A stretch of DNA of 64,000 nucleotides, taken from NCBI RefSeq assembly GCF_963506605.1, contig NC_083281.1, positions 14,322,001-14,386,000 on the forward strand, given 5' to 3'. Origin of the DNA: Zootoca vivipara. Taxonomy: Eukaryota. Under the pieces are notes generated by a model. The model searched no databases and was not told the origin of the DNA. It worked only from the letters and a program-made list of their open reading frames with translations. Below, piece after piece: positions 37,048 to 54,967 of the stretch. A program made the position numbers and the translations under genes. How positions within the stretch are numbered: position 1 is the stretch's first letter; every line of letters begins with the position of its first letter.

Positions 37048-37654
37048 TATTTATATGCCACCCATCTGACTGGGTAAGCCCAGACACCTGAGGCCCTTCA
37101 TCATGCGTCTCAGTGAGAAGCCCAGAGGGTGGCAACACAAGATTGGGCCTTTTCTGCAGTGGCTCCCTGTTTATGGAATGCTCTCCCCAGGAGGCGTTCC
37201 TGGTGCCTTCATTACATATCTTTAGGCGCCAGACGGAAACATTTCTCTTCAGCAAAGCGTTTGGCTGATTAACATTCCATGGCTTTTTAAATGTGTTTGT
37301 GGGAGAGGGGTTTTGGTTTGTATTTGTTTTATTAAAGTATTTTGTATTCTCATTTTGTATTTATGTTGTGACTCAATCGCCCTGGGATCTTCGGATGAAG
37401 GGCAGTATATAAATTTAATAACGAGAAAAAAGATGATAAAGAAAGTATGTAAATAAGGAGAATTTCAAGGTGGGTGTTGGTGGGCTTCCAAATCTTTCTC
37501 TCGAACATCCCTTCTAGACTCCTCCTTTCTTTCCCCCAACTAGGTCAAAGCTGAGGTCTATCAGACAGCCAAGCGCCAGGTGTTTGCCCAGCTGAGCTCG
37601 CAAGACTTTGGCAAGTGGCCCCAAAAGCGGTTGGTGGACATCTTCCCCAGTTAG
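23518..37654 (+). CDS. ADAD2: Adenosine deaminase domain-containing protein 2-like (inactive ADAR-type deaminase), 487 aa, 10 coding exons
   Basis: Exons 23518-23698, 27334-27435, 28201-28245, 29713-29838, 31306-31456, 32408-32572, 33601-33815, 34775-35009, 35958-36090, 37544-37654; in phase (1464 nt). Motifs VVALGTG, HDMHGLVVARRALLRY, SSSDKLTRW..LGVQGALL, SRLCK, FGKWPQK. The first three exons are less certain than the deaminase exons. Confidence 0.87.
23768..24270. mobile_element. Sauria SINE (minus, about 23768-24108) plus an inverted partial Sauria SINE (about 24143-24270)
   Basis: Similar to 41917-42272 in both orientations. Confidence 0.82.
24795..26774 (-). mobile_element. 5'-truncated Rex1/Babar LINE, RT domain disrupted by a frameshift and stops
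   Basis: Consecutive ORFs with [76 protein letters not shown]; (ATCTT)n-like tail; 7-bp TSD AAATAAG (24788-24794 and 26775-26781). Confidence 0.9.
27490..27625. mobile_element. 136-bp hAT MITE (copy 2)
   Basis: TIR CAGGCATAGGCAAACTC; TSD ATTTAAAG. Confidence 0.88.
28679..29171. mobile_element. Tigger-like non-autonomous element, copy 3 (inverted)
   Basis: Reverse-complement similarity to 16284-16936; TA flanks. Confidence 0.75.
29941..30076. mobile_element. 136-bp hAT MITE (copy 3)
   Basis: TIR CAGGCATGTCAAA; TSD CTTTAGAG. Confidence 0.88.
30265..30540 (+). mobile_element. Sauria SINE 3' part with an internal tandem duplication of about 47 bp
   Basis: (ACCTTT)n tail; GGCCTGAAA...CTTTGACT occurs twice at about 30407-30500. 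Confidence 0.8.
32167..32304. other. Assembly gap (138 N)
   Basis: Run of N. Confidence 0.99.
35594..35721. other. Assembly gap (128 N)
   Basis: Run of N. Confidence 0.99.
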
Positions 37655-40600
37655 AGTGCCCTGCCAGCTAAGCTACTGCCTGCATATTGAAGACATTTCA
37701 GGCTTAAGGTGGATGCATGAGTGGGTGTGCACAAGGCTGATAAATCTTCACCCAGCAAATGGAGAGCTGTAAACGTTGCTGTACTTTTGAGGTGGATGGG
37801 GCTATAAATGTTTAAATACATTGTTTTGCTGTGATGCCGTTTTCACAGTGGTCCTTTCCTATGATGGAATAGGAAAGTTGGGTGTGTAACTGAGGCTAAA
37901 AGTTCTGACAACATTTACTTAGAATTCTACTTTTTCTTTGTACCTGCTTTGGGGCTGTGTCCAAACACAGCCACAAACTATGGTGATTGTTATGGGAATG
38001 AGGCACAGAAAGCCCTGAGCTCTCCCACTCCCCTGTCTCTCCTCTGGGATGGGTAATGAAACAGGCTTGTTTCAACACAGACCATCGTTAAGATTAACCT
38101 CGGTTTAGGATTTGCACGTAATGACAGGCTATAGTTAATCAAAAAAGGAAGTGAAAGCTTCTGATCTCTCAACCCTGCTGGAGGAAGAGAGCAGGCAGTG
38201 TGCAGCCTCTCTCTGCAGTTTATTCCTGGAATAATATACAATGGGCTGTTCAACCATAGTTTATTGTTACATTTGAATTCAGTTTCTGTCTCTGTGTGTT
38301 GCAGGAAGGTCAGGGTAACAACATGTGACATACGCATGAGTTGCACAACCCATGTGAGAAGGAGACCGTGTGACAAACTACTCTGTACCTCTATAAAGAC
38401 TGCACATTTCCTTGATCTTTAAATATGCACACACTAATCTCAGAGAACACGTAAGCAAGCGTCTTCAGATTTCATTACTTTGGATTTGAAGGCTCTTTAT
38501 TTATTTATTTAGCTATTTGCAATTGAAACTTTAACAGTTAATGGCAGGATCCAGTTGAGCATCCTGGGCCAATTTTTCACTTAAACTTGGTTTCTGTCAG
38601 CTCCTCTCCACAATTTTTTACACTATGGTTCTGTTTCATGGTGGAAATGAATGAGAAATTGTCACACATTCAGGTTGTACTTAACTGGATGTGTTTTATG
38701 ACAAGGGGTTTGAGATCTGGCCATTTTGTGTTTGTTTGGAAATGCACTTCTTTTGGCTGCTAATTTTGTAGAACAGTCTTTGCAGACATGACCACTGAAG
38801 TAAAGAATTGCGAACCTTAGAATTTCTGTGTGGCTGCTTGTGCAAATCGAGGCAAAGCTGTGAACTTTACCTATTACTCTAAAATAGTACCTAGCGTGTC
38901 TTGTTAACTGCATTGCCAGGCTTTCTGTACAAACTCTGAATGCTTTGATCTAAATGAGATGTCCTGGTGACCTTATTTCAGACACTGATGCACTGGTTTG
39001 AGCACCATTGTTGAAAAATGGTATACAAATAATAAGATTGTGATGATTTGGAGCTTCAGGGGCTCAGAAGTTTGTGATCTCATGAGTGAGAAATGAGTAG
39101 CAGTAGTAACAACAACAAGCACATTTATATGGTGCTTTAGAGCAGATGGTGGCTAATATTTTTTGGCCTGAGGATGAGGTCCACATTCATCCTTTGCCAG
39201 TCCCCTGGGAGCTCCATGCCAGCAGTGGATGTGGCCAGTCCACACTCTTGGACACAGGCTCTTGTATGCTTGCACACAGCCCCCCCATGCCCCTGCTAAC
39301 CTTCCCCCCTGCTATGTGGGGATCAGCTAGGGACGGGGGGGCTAGTGCTCCATCTCTGCTTATCAGGGCAACTTGGGCTCTCTCCATCGCAGCACACTCT
39401 ATTATCATTTTTCTTTTTGTCACCAGTGTCAAAATTGGTGGAGTCAGGGTGGAGGGACAGGACATTTGCTGGTGGCGTAAGTTAGGCCATCCCTTGCTTT
39501 AGAATCTTCAAAATACTTTCAACACATGTTGCAGGAATCCTTTCAATGAACTTGCCAAATAGTTTACTGTTATCCCCATGTCTTGAGGACCACCTCCTCC
39601 CAGATGAATCTGCCTGTGCAATTGGATCAAGACGGGTGGCTCGGCTCTGCCGTCTTTCGCTGGTGAATTTCACCGGGGGGGGGGGCACCTGGCTTCTTAT
39701 ATTCTCTAGCAGGCTGCATGGGGAATTCCAATAGATTTATTTAATGTCAAATATCTTTTTAAAAATAAAAATGTCTGGAGCTGTGAACAATAGCAAGGTT
39801 TAAAATGCAAACCGTAAAACAGTGTATCAGATAAAAGGCAATATCAAAAGAAATCCAGGCATGAGTTAAAATCCCATCCTATATTAAAGAGTATTTAAAA
39901 GACTGGGAATTGTTTTCCAGAAATGGTATATCCTGAAACATCTCTGTGCCTGGTGAGCTTTTAGATGTCCCTGACCTCTCTCCTCCCTTGCTCACATTTA
40001 TTTATCAATGGCCATGAGTCACAATGGCAGCATCCCAATGATCGCCATAACAGCTTCCCCATTGAGGTAGGACAGGCACCCCCACACCTGCTCTTTGTAC
40101 TTTCTGGAAACAATGGAAGTCTTTTTTGTTTTCGTTTTGTTTTTAAAAAAGCTTTTTCAACTTGTTCATTTATTTTTATACTGCTTCATGTCAAAATGGT
40201 ATGTTTACAATCACCTTGAGACTGGTGAGTTTATAATTCATAAATTAAGAAGAAGAAGCATCGAAAAAGGGGCTGTGTAGCTGGAGAGGACCTTGCCAGC
40301 ATCGATCTGTTTCTAGGCTGCCTTTCAGCATAAGACTCCCAGGGCAGTGTACAGTTCAAAACATCAAATACAGCAACTCTGAAACCCTGCACTTTTGTCC
40401 TTCATCTGTTATGCTGGCAGACCTGTGACCTCCACTGGGGCTAAGCTCAGAGGCTGCGGCCAGAAATCAGGCCCTCTGTTTCCCAGTGTCCCAAGAGAGT
40501 TCAGATGGATCACTCCATTTAATCAGTGAGCTGTTTTCTGTTTTAATCTGCACCCTGTCAAGCTTTTAATCAGACAAATTACATCCAGCAACGCTTTCAG

Positions 40601-41510
40601 CTTTCATAAGATGTGACGCAGTCCAGAAACACACGAAACCCTTGCCCTCGTTTTATACCCCTGCCCCCCATCCAAGTTCTGGAGGAATTCATGCTGAATT
40701 CTGCTCTTCAAATAGCAGAATTATAAACGTGAGCATTTGCTTGGTTCTGCATTTAGTCCGGTTGACAAATCCTTTCTGTTAAAAGAGAAATTTGGTTTTG
40801 GGTGAGACACCCAGGGCAAGGAGAGAAGTGAAGTTTACTTCAAAATATTTTCAACCCTGTTTGTTCTCTAAGCAGTTCACGGTTTTTAAAAAAGCAAAAA
40901 AACAAACAAACAAAAAAACCAGACACACATACATACATTTATAGGGGAATGCTTTTGCCCTTTTTTTAAAAAAAACAGCCTATGTGATTCCTGGCTGTGC
41001 TCCCCCCAAATATGGTGACAGCAGCAAAGTGAGCTCATGGGGACAGATGTTCTTCAGGGTCCTCTTCTCAGTCCCACCAGATGTTTCATATGCTGGGCAG
41101 TTTGATTTCAATATTTCCCATTGACAGTGGGAAAGTCCTCGCCTCCTGTTGATGTTCATCTGTGGCGGTGAGGAATATGGCCTCAAAATTAGTGCAGAGG
41201 TATTGAAATCAGGATTGCATGGAAAAGAGGTATGTGGAGAAGGGAAATAGGGAACCAGATAGGACCGCAGCTCCCTTCCCATAAGCCCTGGGGCTCCTAC
41301 CTTTTGGAGCTTTGTATATTTCACATCCATGAGGACTAGAGGCTTGCTCTCTCTTAACACCTTTCAGTTTTTCAGTATTTTCCAGAGTGACAGATAAATC
41401 AGTAGGGTACCAACATACATACTACTATGCGTGTATGTTGGATGGATAGAAAACTTGCCAACCTACTTATTTCAATAAAGGGCAAATTAGCATTGCAACC
41501 CTTGAGGGCA

Positions 41511-41542
<32 letters not shown>

Positions 41543-41916
41543 GAGTTAGACATTGTGCTCTGCCAACGAGAGTTGATTGCTACCATTTCTTGATGCTGTC
41601 GGTGTTAGGAGCACCATAAGGCCTGCAAACCCTCCAAAAGGCAAGTGGATTTTTGAAAATGTTAAATCTTGTTACCCTGGACTTCTGACCTGTTGCAGGC
41701 ATGGGGTTACTGTTGCGTCGCCATGAGGTTGAAAATCACACACCATACCCTGGCAGGTGGGTTGCATGTCCCCGTTTCCTAGTAGCTGCCCACGGTGAAC
41801 CATCATCCCTGTTTGGGCTTTGGGGAGTGCGCTTTCCCCTTCTCTAAACTAGTTAGCACATGTGCGCAGACTAGGATTTTCTCAAGTTTCAGCCCTTCCC
41901 ACCGATATCTAAGTTA

Positions 41917-42272
41917 GGTAAAGGTAAAAAGGGACCCCTGACCATTAGGTCCAGTCGTGACCGACTCTGCGGTTGCGGCACTCATCTTGCGTTATTGGCC
42001 GAGGGAGCTGGCGTACAGCTTCCAGGTCATGTGGTCAGCATGACAAACCCACTTCTGGCGAACCAGGGCAGCACATGGAAACGCTGTTTACCTTCCCGCC
42101 AGAGCGGTACCTATTTATCTACTTGCACTTTGACGTGCTTTCGAACTGCTAGGTTGGCAGGAGCTGGGACTGAGCAATGGGAGCTCACCCCATTGCGGGG
42201 ATTCGAACCGCCAACCTTCTGATTGGCAAGCCCTAGGCTCTGTGGTTTAACCCACAGCGCCACCCGCGTCCC
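41917..42272 (-). mobile_element. Full-length Sauria SINE
   Basis: Minus strand begins GGGACGCGGGTGGCGCTGTGG (tRNA-like head with a GGTTCGAATCC B-box) and ends in (ACCTTT)n. Confidence 0.9.
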
Positions 42273-43353
42273 TATCTAAGTTACATGAACATAAATGAAT
42301 GAGCCTTGAGGTACACGGGGGGAGGAGAACCTTCAACAATATCTGTGTATTGCTGGGTTTGGGGAGAGCCCAGACAGAGATCTGTAGTAGCGGAACAGAC
42401 ATATTACGCATGCGCAACGGTGTCCGTATTTTCACCCATGAAATGTTGGGCGTGGGTGTACTCTGTTAATGGCTGCATTCCATGCTTAAGTTAGGTTAAA
42501 GAGTTATTCCAGTTTCTCCCCTTAATTCTGGGATCTGTAGTTCTTTGGTGGGGAACTCTATGGAATAGAAACTTCTCTTGACCCTCACCAAACTACGACC
42601 CCCAGGATTCATGGACTAATGTAAGTTTGTAATGCAGTAATGCTCCCAGAGCTAGCAGGCAGGAGTTTTGGGGAGACGGCAGCGGGAAGGGTTGGCCGAG
42701 AGAAGGGTGGAAACCTACCCTTTCTGTCAGTCAAACAGCCTTCAGCAATTAGATACAGTACTGATTTTTTTTTTTTTAACAGGAAAGGCTTGAGGGGGAG
42801 GTGGTGGCTGTTAGACTTTGCCAAGGGATCTTGATTGCATGCTCCAAAGCGCGGCTGTGCCTGCTTCGAAGCCCATTTTGGTGTGTGTGGAAGCAGAACC
42901 ACACAATGATGGTAAATCTAGGTGAATGAATTTGGTCTAAGGGTCTCTTTGTCCCCTTGCTACCCTTGATTCCCTCTTTCTATGCAGCATGACAATCGGT
43001 AGGTCCCATGTTCCATTGGGCTGGGAGGAGATTTGCTAAGAGAAGGAAACGGGGCTGTATGTGTGTGATGGTACAGCAGGTCAGGTCAGGGGGTGGTTGC
43101 TAAATAGGAAAAGATAGGACAGCTCCAAAGTCAGGGAAACAGGATGAAGCAAACACAGATTGGGCCAAGGCTGTTTTGCCAGCAGAAGTTCTGTTGTGCA
43201 TTCCAAGTCCGTAAAGATACGTTGGGATGCTGTGAAGAAAATGGGGGTCCAGTCGTCGTTGGCCATTCTGCAGGCCCAAGGCTCACCACCGCTCCCTCCC
43301 CCTTGTGCGTTCCTTGAACCTCCCACTCCTTCGCTCGTTGGGCGGCTGCTCTC

Positions 43354-49183
<5,830 letters not shown>

Positions 49184-51864
49184 GTCGGCAGGCAGGCAGG
49201 CATGCAGAAAACCAGGTGTGTCCCGCTGCTTTGAGCACTCAGAAAGCAGGTGTGGAAGGCTGCAGTTCCCTGATTTGTGTCTGCTGTGTGATAAACAAGA
49301 AGATTGGTTGTGCAGAGAATTTTTGAATCTGCACTTTTCCCTGTTGTTGTTTTTAAATGCATTCAAAGGGTTTGGAGAAGTAAGGTGGGATTCGTGTGTG
49401 CAAGGTGCCTCAAACGAAATGGTCATGTGTTTTTCATTTTTAGTGTTTTTTCTAATTCAGTTCTCGGTTCTGCTTACGTTTGTCACAGGTACCAGTTAGT
49501 CTTTCCCATTAAAAGTACATTGTTTTCCTGTTTTTTGGCCGGGTGTCAAACCGCCAAAATATTTGATGTTCTGGCATTTTCCACCTGTTGGCTGTGCTAC
49601 ATTATGCCTGATTCTACCCTTGGTTAATGACATAGATAGCCAAACTAAGGCCTGGGGGCCGGATCCAGCCCAATTGCCTTCTAAATCTGGCCTGCGGACA
49701 GTGTGTTTTTACATGAGTAGAATGTGTCCTTTTATTCAAAATGCATCTCTGGGTTATTTGTGGGGCATAGGGATTTGTTCATTCTCCCCCCCCCAATATA
49801 GTCTGGCCCCCCACAAGGTCTGAGGGACAGTGGACCGCCCCCCTGCTGAAAAAGTTAATGTGCCCTGTCCTGTGGCTTTCCCTGCCTCTGCTTTTACCTG
49901 CCTTTGGCTTTCTCAGTTCGAGTCATGAGCCCATCCTCTTAATTCCTCCCAGATGTGCAGGGCCTTTACTGTGACGAGGGAAAGGCAGTCTGCACAGAAG
50001 CCTCTTCGCTTCTTCCAGGATCAGCCCTGGCTCAAATTAGGTCTTGTTTCAATTCCCATTGTGCATTGGATGGGTGAAGCTGCCTCATGCCTATGAAACC
50101 TCCCCACAATAAAGGGCTACTCTCCAATGGACTTTCTGTACAACAACAAACCATAATAGTTTTATAACAGTGTTAACTGTCATGGCTTCTGTCAAAGGAT
50201 TATGGGATTGGTAGTCCGCTGCAATAACAGGCAGAGTTCCCTAGCCATCCCACCCCCTGTCACAAAACTACAGTTCCCAGGGAACCCTCCCTAGGAAGAG
50301 CAAAAACTATCAGACCAGTTTGATTAAGATGTGCACAAAGTTGTTACTGGGCTGTGTCATTTTCACTGTTAAGACACCGATTGCTCTTCCTTGTTTAACC
50401 TGAGTTACTCCTTGTTTCACATCCATGCAAACAGCTAGTGTTTACTGAAATACAATATACGATTGGTGGTGATGCCTTAATTCTTCTGCCTTAGCTAAGA
50501 AAAGAAATCCTGGCAAGTTGACAGTTTGCTGAGACTCCACAATCTTTTAAGGGCAAAACCTTTTGGGGGGGGGGAGGTGGGGAGGTAGGATAGAAACATG
50601 TGAAGCAGATTTTTGGTCAGTCCAGGGATTTTTCAGTCTGGGGGGGGACATGAATCTGACAGAGATGTTCAGATTTGTCAAAAATTGGGCCCAACTTGGG
50701 GGAGTGTTTCAGCGGATGTTTGCAAATCATACTCGGCACCGCTGGATATGAATCTGCAAAAAGATTTATTTCTGACTCTACCTCCCCCCCCCCAATAAAA
50801 TGAGTCCCAAATCTAATTGCCAGGGTAAGAGCAATATTTTTTAAAATGACGTCTCTTGAAAGAAGGCCAGCAACATTGCTGGCATATCCATTCACATTCA
50901 CAGAAACACACTTTGTTCCCTTAATCTGCCCGCTGGAAGCCTTTGGCTGTCTTATACCTCACAAGCTGGTAGCTATGCAGTAAAATGTCTCCCAGTTTCT
51001 TCTGCATGATCCTTCCTGGAAACCCACCCTGCTTGTTCCCTTCTTGTTCTCTCCCCTCCCCACCCCCACCCTCATTTATCTCCCTGCTCTAGAATAAAGG
51101 TAATATGATGCTGATACGAAGGTTGATAAGAGGAAATGTACCTTCCGTGCTCTGCGGCCTTGGATTCTGTGTTTTCCTAGCTGAAGCAGGTGCAGTCCAG
51201 TTCGGAGTGTCTGGCTCTGCAGAGGCAAGAGGATGGGCAAAGTGTCTTCTTTTAAAGAATCTGGGGGAGACCAATCCTTTCCTGAAATATCCGCTGGAGA
51301 GTGAGGAATGACCTCCTGCCGCAGGTGGATATCTTAGGACCTGCAGTGTCAAAGCCAGCCGCCCGAGGAGAGTCCAGGTTGGATTTACAGAGCAGTGGGA
51401 TTGCTGCCTCAAAGGGAAGAGAAACAAAGGAGCTCCCCACCCTACCCTCCCTGCCCCCCCCCAGTTTTCCCCAGCAGCTGGTTTTGCTCCCTCCCCAGCC
51501 CTCCTGTCTTGCAGCAAAGATGCTCCCAGCTGGGGGCTCCCCTATTGGCCAGCTGTTAGAGATGACATCATCTGATGATGCCGGGAGGACTGGCCTGCTG
51601 GTATCTATAATCTTGCAGGGGGGGGCTGGATCTGCAAAGAGGGAGGAGGGGTCCCTGCAGGAGAAATGGTAGGGGTAGCAGGGCAGGGGGGTGGGCTGGG
51701 TGCCTGTGGGCTTGAAGGGGAAATACAGGGCAAATACTGGCGTGTCATGAATATCGCTTAACATCTTGTCATGGTTACTCACAGGGTGGAGTTTCAGGGC
51801 ATGTTTATGAGTGGTTGTGATCTGCATTTAATGACTCCATACAGAAACACATCCATTAGCATGG

Positions 51865-51909
<45 letters not shown>

Positions 51910-53191
51910 TTATTTATACCCCGCCCATTTGGCTGGGTTTCCCCAGCCACTCTGGGCAGCTTCCAACCGAATATTAAAAACAATACAGCATATTAAAAAC
52001 AATACAGCAATACAGAGCTACGATCTTGTATTGAGGTATTTCTCAAATGTTATAATGACGTAAAGGGTGGGCGTGTGTGTGTGCTGTACACATGCACACA
52101 TTAGTGCGCTTTTGGGGCAAGAGGTGCGATTCTTGTCTGCAGGACAGTTGGGCTAAGAGGCATTGCTTGGACGATGCAGGCTTTCTCAGGTTTTGTCCCC
52201 CGAGTTGGATTTGGCTGCAGATTTGCTAATGGTGAACAAAAGATGCACCTTGGATGAAAGTCTGCTAATGGTGTCATCAAAAATTTATAATTCTGTGCCC
52301 AGCTTTCCAGAAAGGCTGCAACAGTTCAGTGAGGGGAGATGTTTTGGCCTCTTAATGAGACAAAGATCTGAGTTCTTGCCTGGCACGAGGAACTCTCGGG
52401 GAAATGTATGCCCCAGCAAATTTTTTCATGGTTTGTACCAGAGCATACCATGAATACTTTGTGTAGTTGCTGTTCATCACACGTCTCCTGCTGACTAGCA
52501 GCTGACATGTGGGGCTCTTTGCATATAAAAGTATTTGCTCTGGCAACAGTTAGTACCAGATAAAAGAGGTTTGTGTTGTCTTTAACATGCTGCCCCCTAG
52601 TATCATCTGGTTGATGGGACCCCTTTTTCTGTCTGTCAGGATACCTTCCTTCTCCCTGCACAGCTGCTTTGCACGAGATTCTCAACTGCAAGTTTCCCCC
52701 TAAAAGAACAACACACCACTTATTTTTATGTAGCTCAGCAAAGCATATGAAGAAGGGGCTCTAGCTGCGTCTGTGCATATTTATCAATTGTCTTGTTCCT
52801 TTTTTTTACGATGCCTGAGCTGGGCCTGATCCTAAGATCAGCATGCTGATCCGGAAAGGAGACAGTGTATAAATGCAGCAAGTAGACCAAGAGCAGCAAA
52901 GATGTAGGAAACATAATGGAGAGAGCGAGACGCCTGGCTCAGCGGCAGAGCCACCCTTGTTCTGCATGCAGAAGGTCTCAATCTGGCAACGCATCCCTTT
53001 TCTCAAGCGCACAAGAAGAGCCTGCTGGATCAGGCCAGTGGCCCATTTAGTCCAGCACCCAGTTCTAATGGATGCCCATGAGCTTTTAGGGTTCCAAGAG
53101 AGGGAGGAAAAACTTCTTTCTGTCCTCATTCACAATGCTGTTCATAATTTTATACACCTCTGTTATGTCACCTCTTCCTTTGGCTCTAAAT

Positions 53192-53327
53192 CAGGCATCC
53201 CCAAACTTCGGCCCTCCAGATGTTTTGTACTACAATTCCCATCTTCCCCGACCACTGGTCCTGTTAGCTAGGGATCATGGGAGTTGTAGGCCAAAACATC
53301 TGGAGGGCCGCAGTTTGGGGATGCCTG
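53192..53327. mobile_element. 136-bp hAT MITE (copy 4)
   Basis: Nearly identical to 8811-8946; TSD CTCTAAAT. Confidence 0.9.
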
Positions 53328-54346
53328 CTCTAAATGAAGAAGTCCCAAAGCTGAAACAGGGGAGTTGCTTCAACCCAAAGCACCAGGTACCAAGTGATGG
53401 GAAAGAACCATTTCTGCGTGACACCCCCCCCCCAAATCCCTCAAGAGCTGCTGCCAGCCAGAGAAGAGAGGAAACCTGACCTGGTACAAGGCAGCTTCCT
53501 ACATACTTACTACGTAGCTGCAGAATGCAAGAATGGAAATAAAATAGGGCAGATAATTAAAAACCACTTCTAGCTTTGTGTGGATGCAATCTGCGTATCT
53601 TTTAATGAATGAAAATGTGATCGAGGAAAGATAACCCCCAAGGTGGTTTTCAGGTACCAGTGCCACAGTTCCAGTATGTATTACCTTTTTGATGAAACCT
53701 TGAAATCAATTCTCCCAGAAATGAATTCTGACTCGTTCATTTACTGTTTGGCAGCATTAATTTTTACTGCCTTTGCAAAGCTTTTTGTAAAAGGAGGGGA
53801 GGTCAGGTCACAATAGTATGAACTCCCCCCCCCAGGCTCCAAAGGAAGTAATCATTTTAGCCCCCAACTGCATTTTGAAATCTTTGCATGATGCTCAACA
53901 GTTTCTTGACAAGGTTATGACTTTGGGCTCGCTTGCAACGAATAGGGAGGGGAGAATGCCAAAGTTGCTTTCTGCACCCTCCTGTTAAGAAAAAGAAAAT
54001 CTGGTTTGATGTGCATTTCAGTACATGGCGTAGGAAGTGCACAGCTTCTCAGAAAATGGAAAAAAGGTAGAGCCGCTTCTAGTTGAAATAGTGTCATGGA
54101 GGTCTGCTTAGACACGGCAGACGGAATGGCAAGCTTCTGTTGGTCAGCAGCTCCTGATCCCATCTTGTTGTCAGTGAGGGATCTTTGTTAGATGGATATC
54201 TCCAATTTGGTTTCTTTGCGGCCCATCAGGAGCAGAGGTGAGATCCGACAGTATCCCACACGTTTTTGCAATTGCAGCCTTTCCTGCCAGGAGCCAGACT
54301 TAAATCATTTCCCAAGTTGTCAGGGGTTTCTCTGGTCCCTGACGGA

Positions 54347-54913
54347 TCACTTCAGGATCCGGAGGCTCATCTTTTGTTCAATGTTCAGCTTTTCCACAGA
54401 CTGCAAAACAAAGTGGAGNNNNNNNNNNNNNNNNNNNNNNNNNNNNNNNNNNNNNNNNNNNNNNNNNNNNNNNNNNNNNNNNNNNNNNNNNNNNNNNNNN
54501 NNNNNNNNNNNNNNNNNNNNNNNNNNNNNNNNNNNNNNNNNNNNNNNNNTTAGCCTTTCTCAGACCTAGAACTGCTTTTCATGGCCAGAACCCCAGTCCT
54601 GGGAAATGTGACTGAAGACCTCTGAGCAGGTGCCTCATGGCTGTTCACCACCCTGGTGTCTTAAAGGAAGGGCAGTTTATAAATCTCTTAATAAAAAGCA
54701 AACAGAGTGGGGAAACCAGGACCCAAGCACCACTCAGGGGTTAAGGAGCCGAGTGTCCGCAAGGGGCTAGTGTAGAGGTGAGGGACCTCCTTCAGCCCAA
54801 GGGTCATGGCCCCCTTCTGGGCAGTCTTTTGGAGATCACATGATGTGTTGGGTGGGGCAATAAATGTAATTACCTTTGTGGGACAGCTTATCCAGGCAAG
54901 CAGAGTTCGGAGG

Positions 54914-54967
<54 letters not shown>

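Noticed and set aside
42400-42460. NRF1-like GCATGCGCA and GC-box motifs
   Set aside because: Isolated motifs downstream of two convergent genes, with no associated exon.
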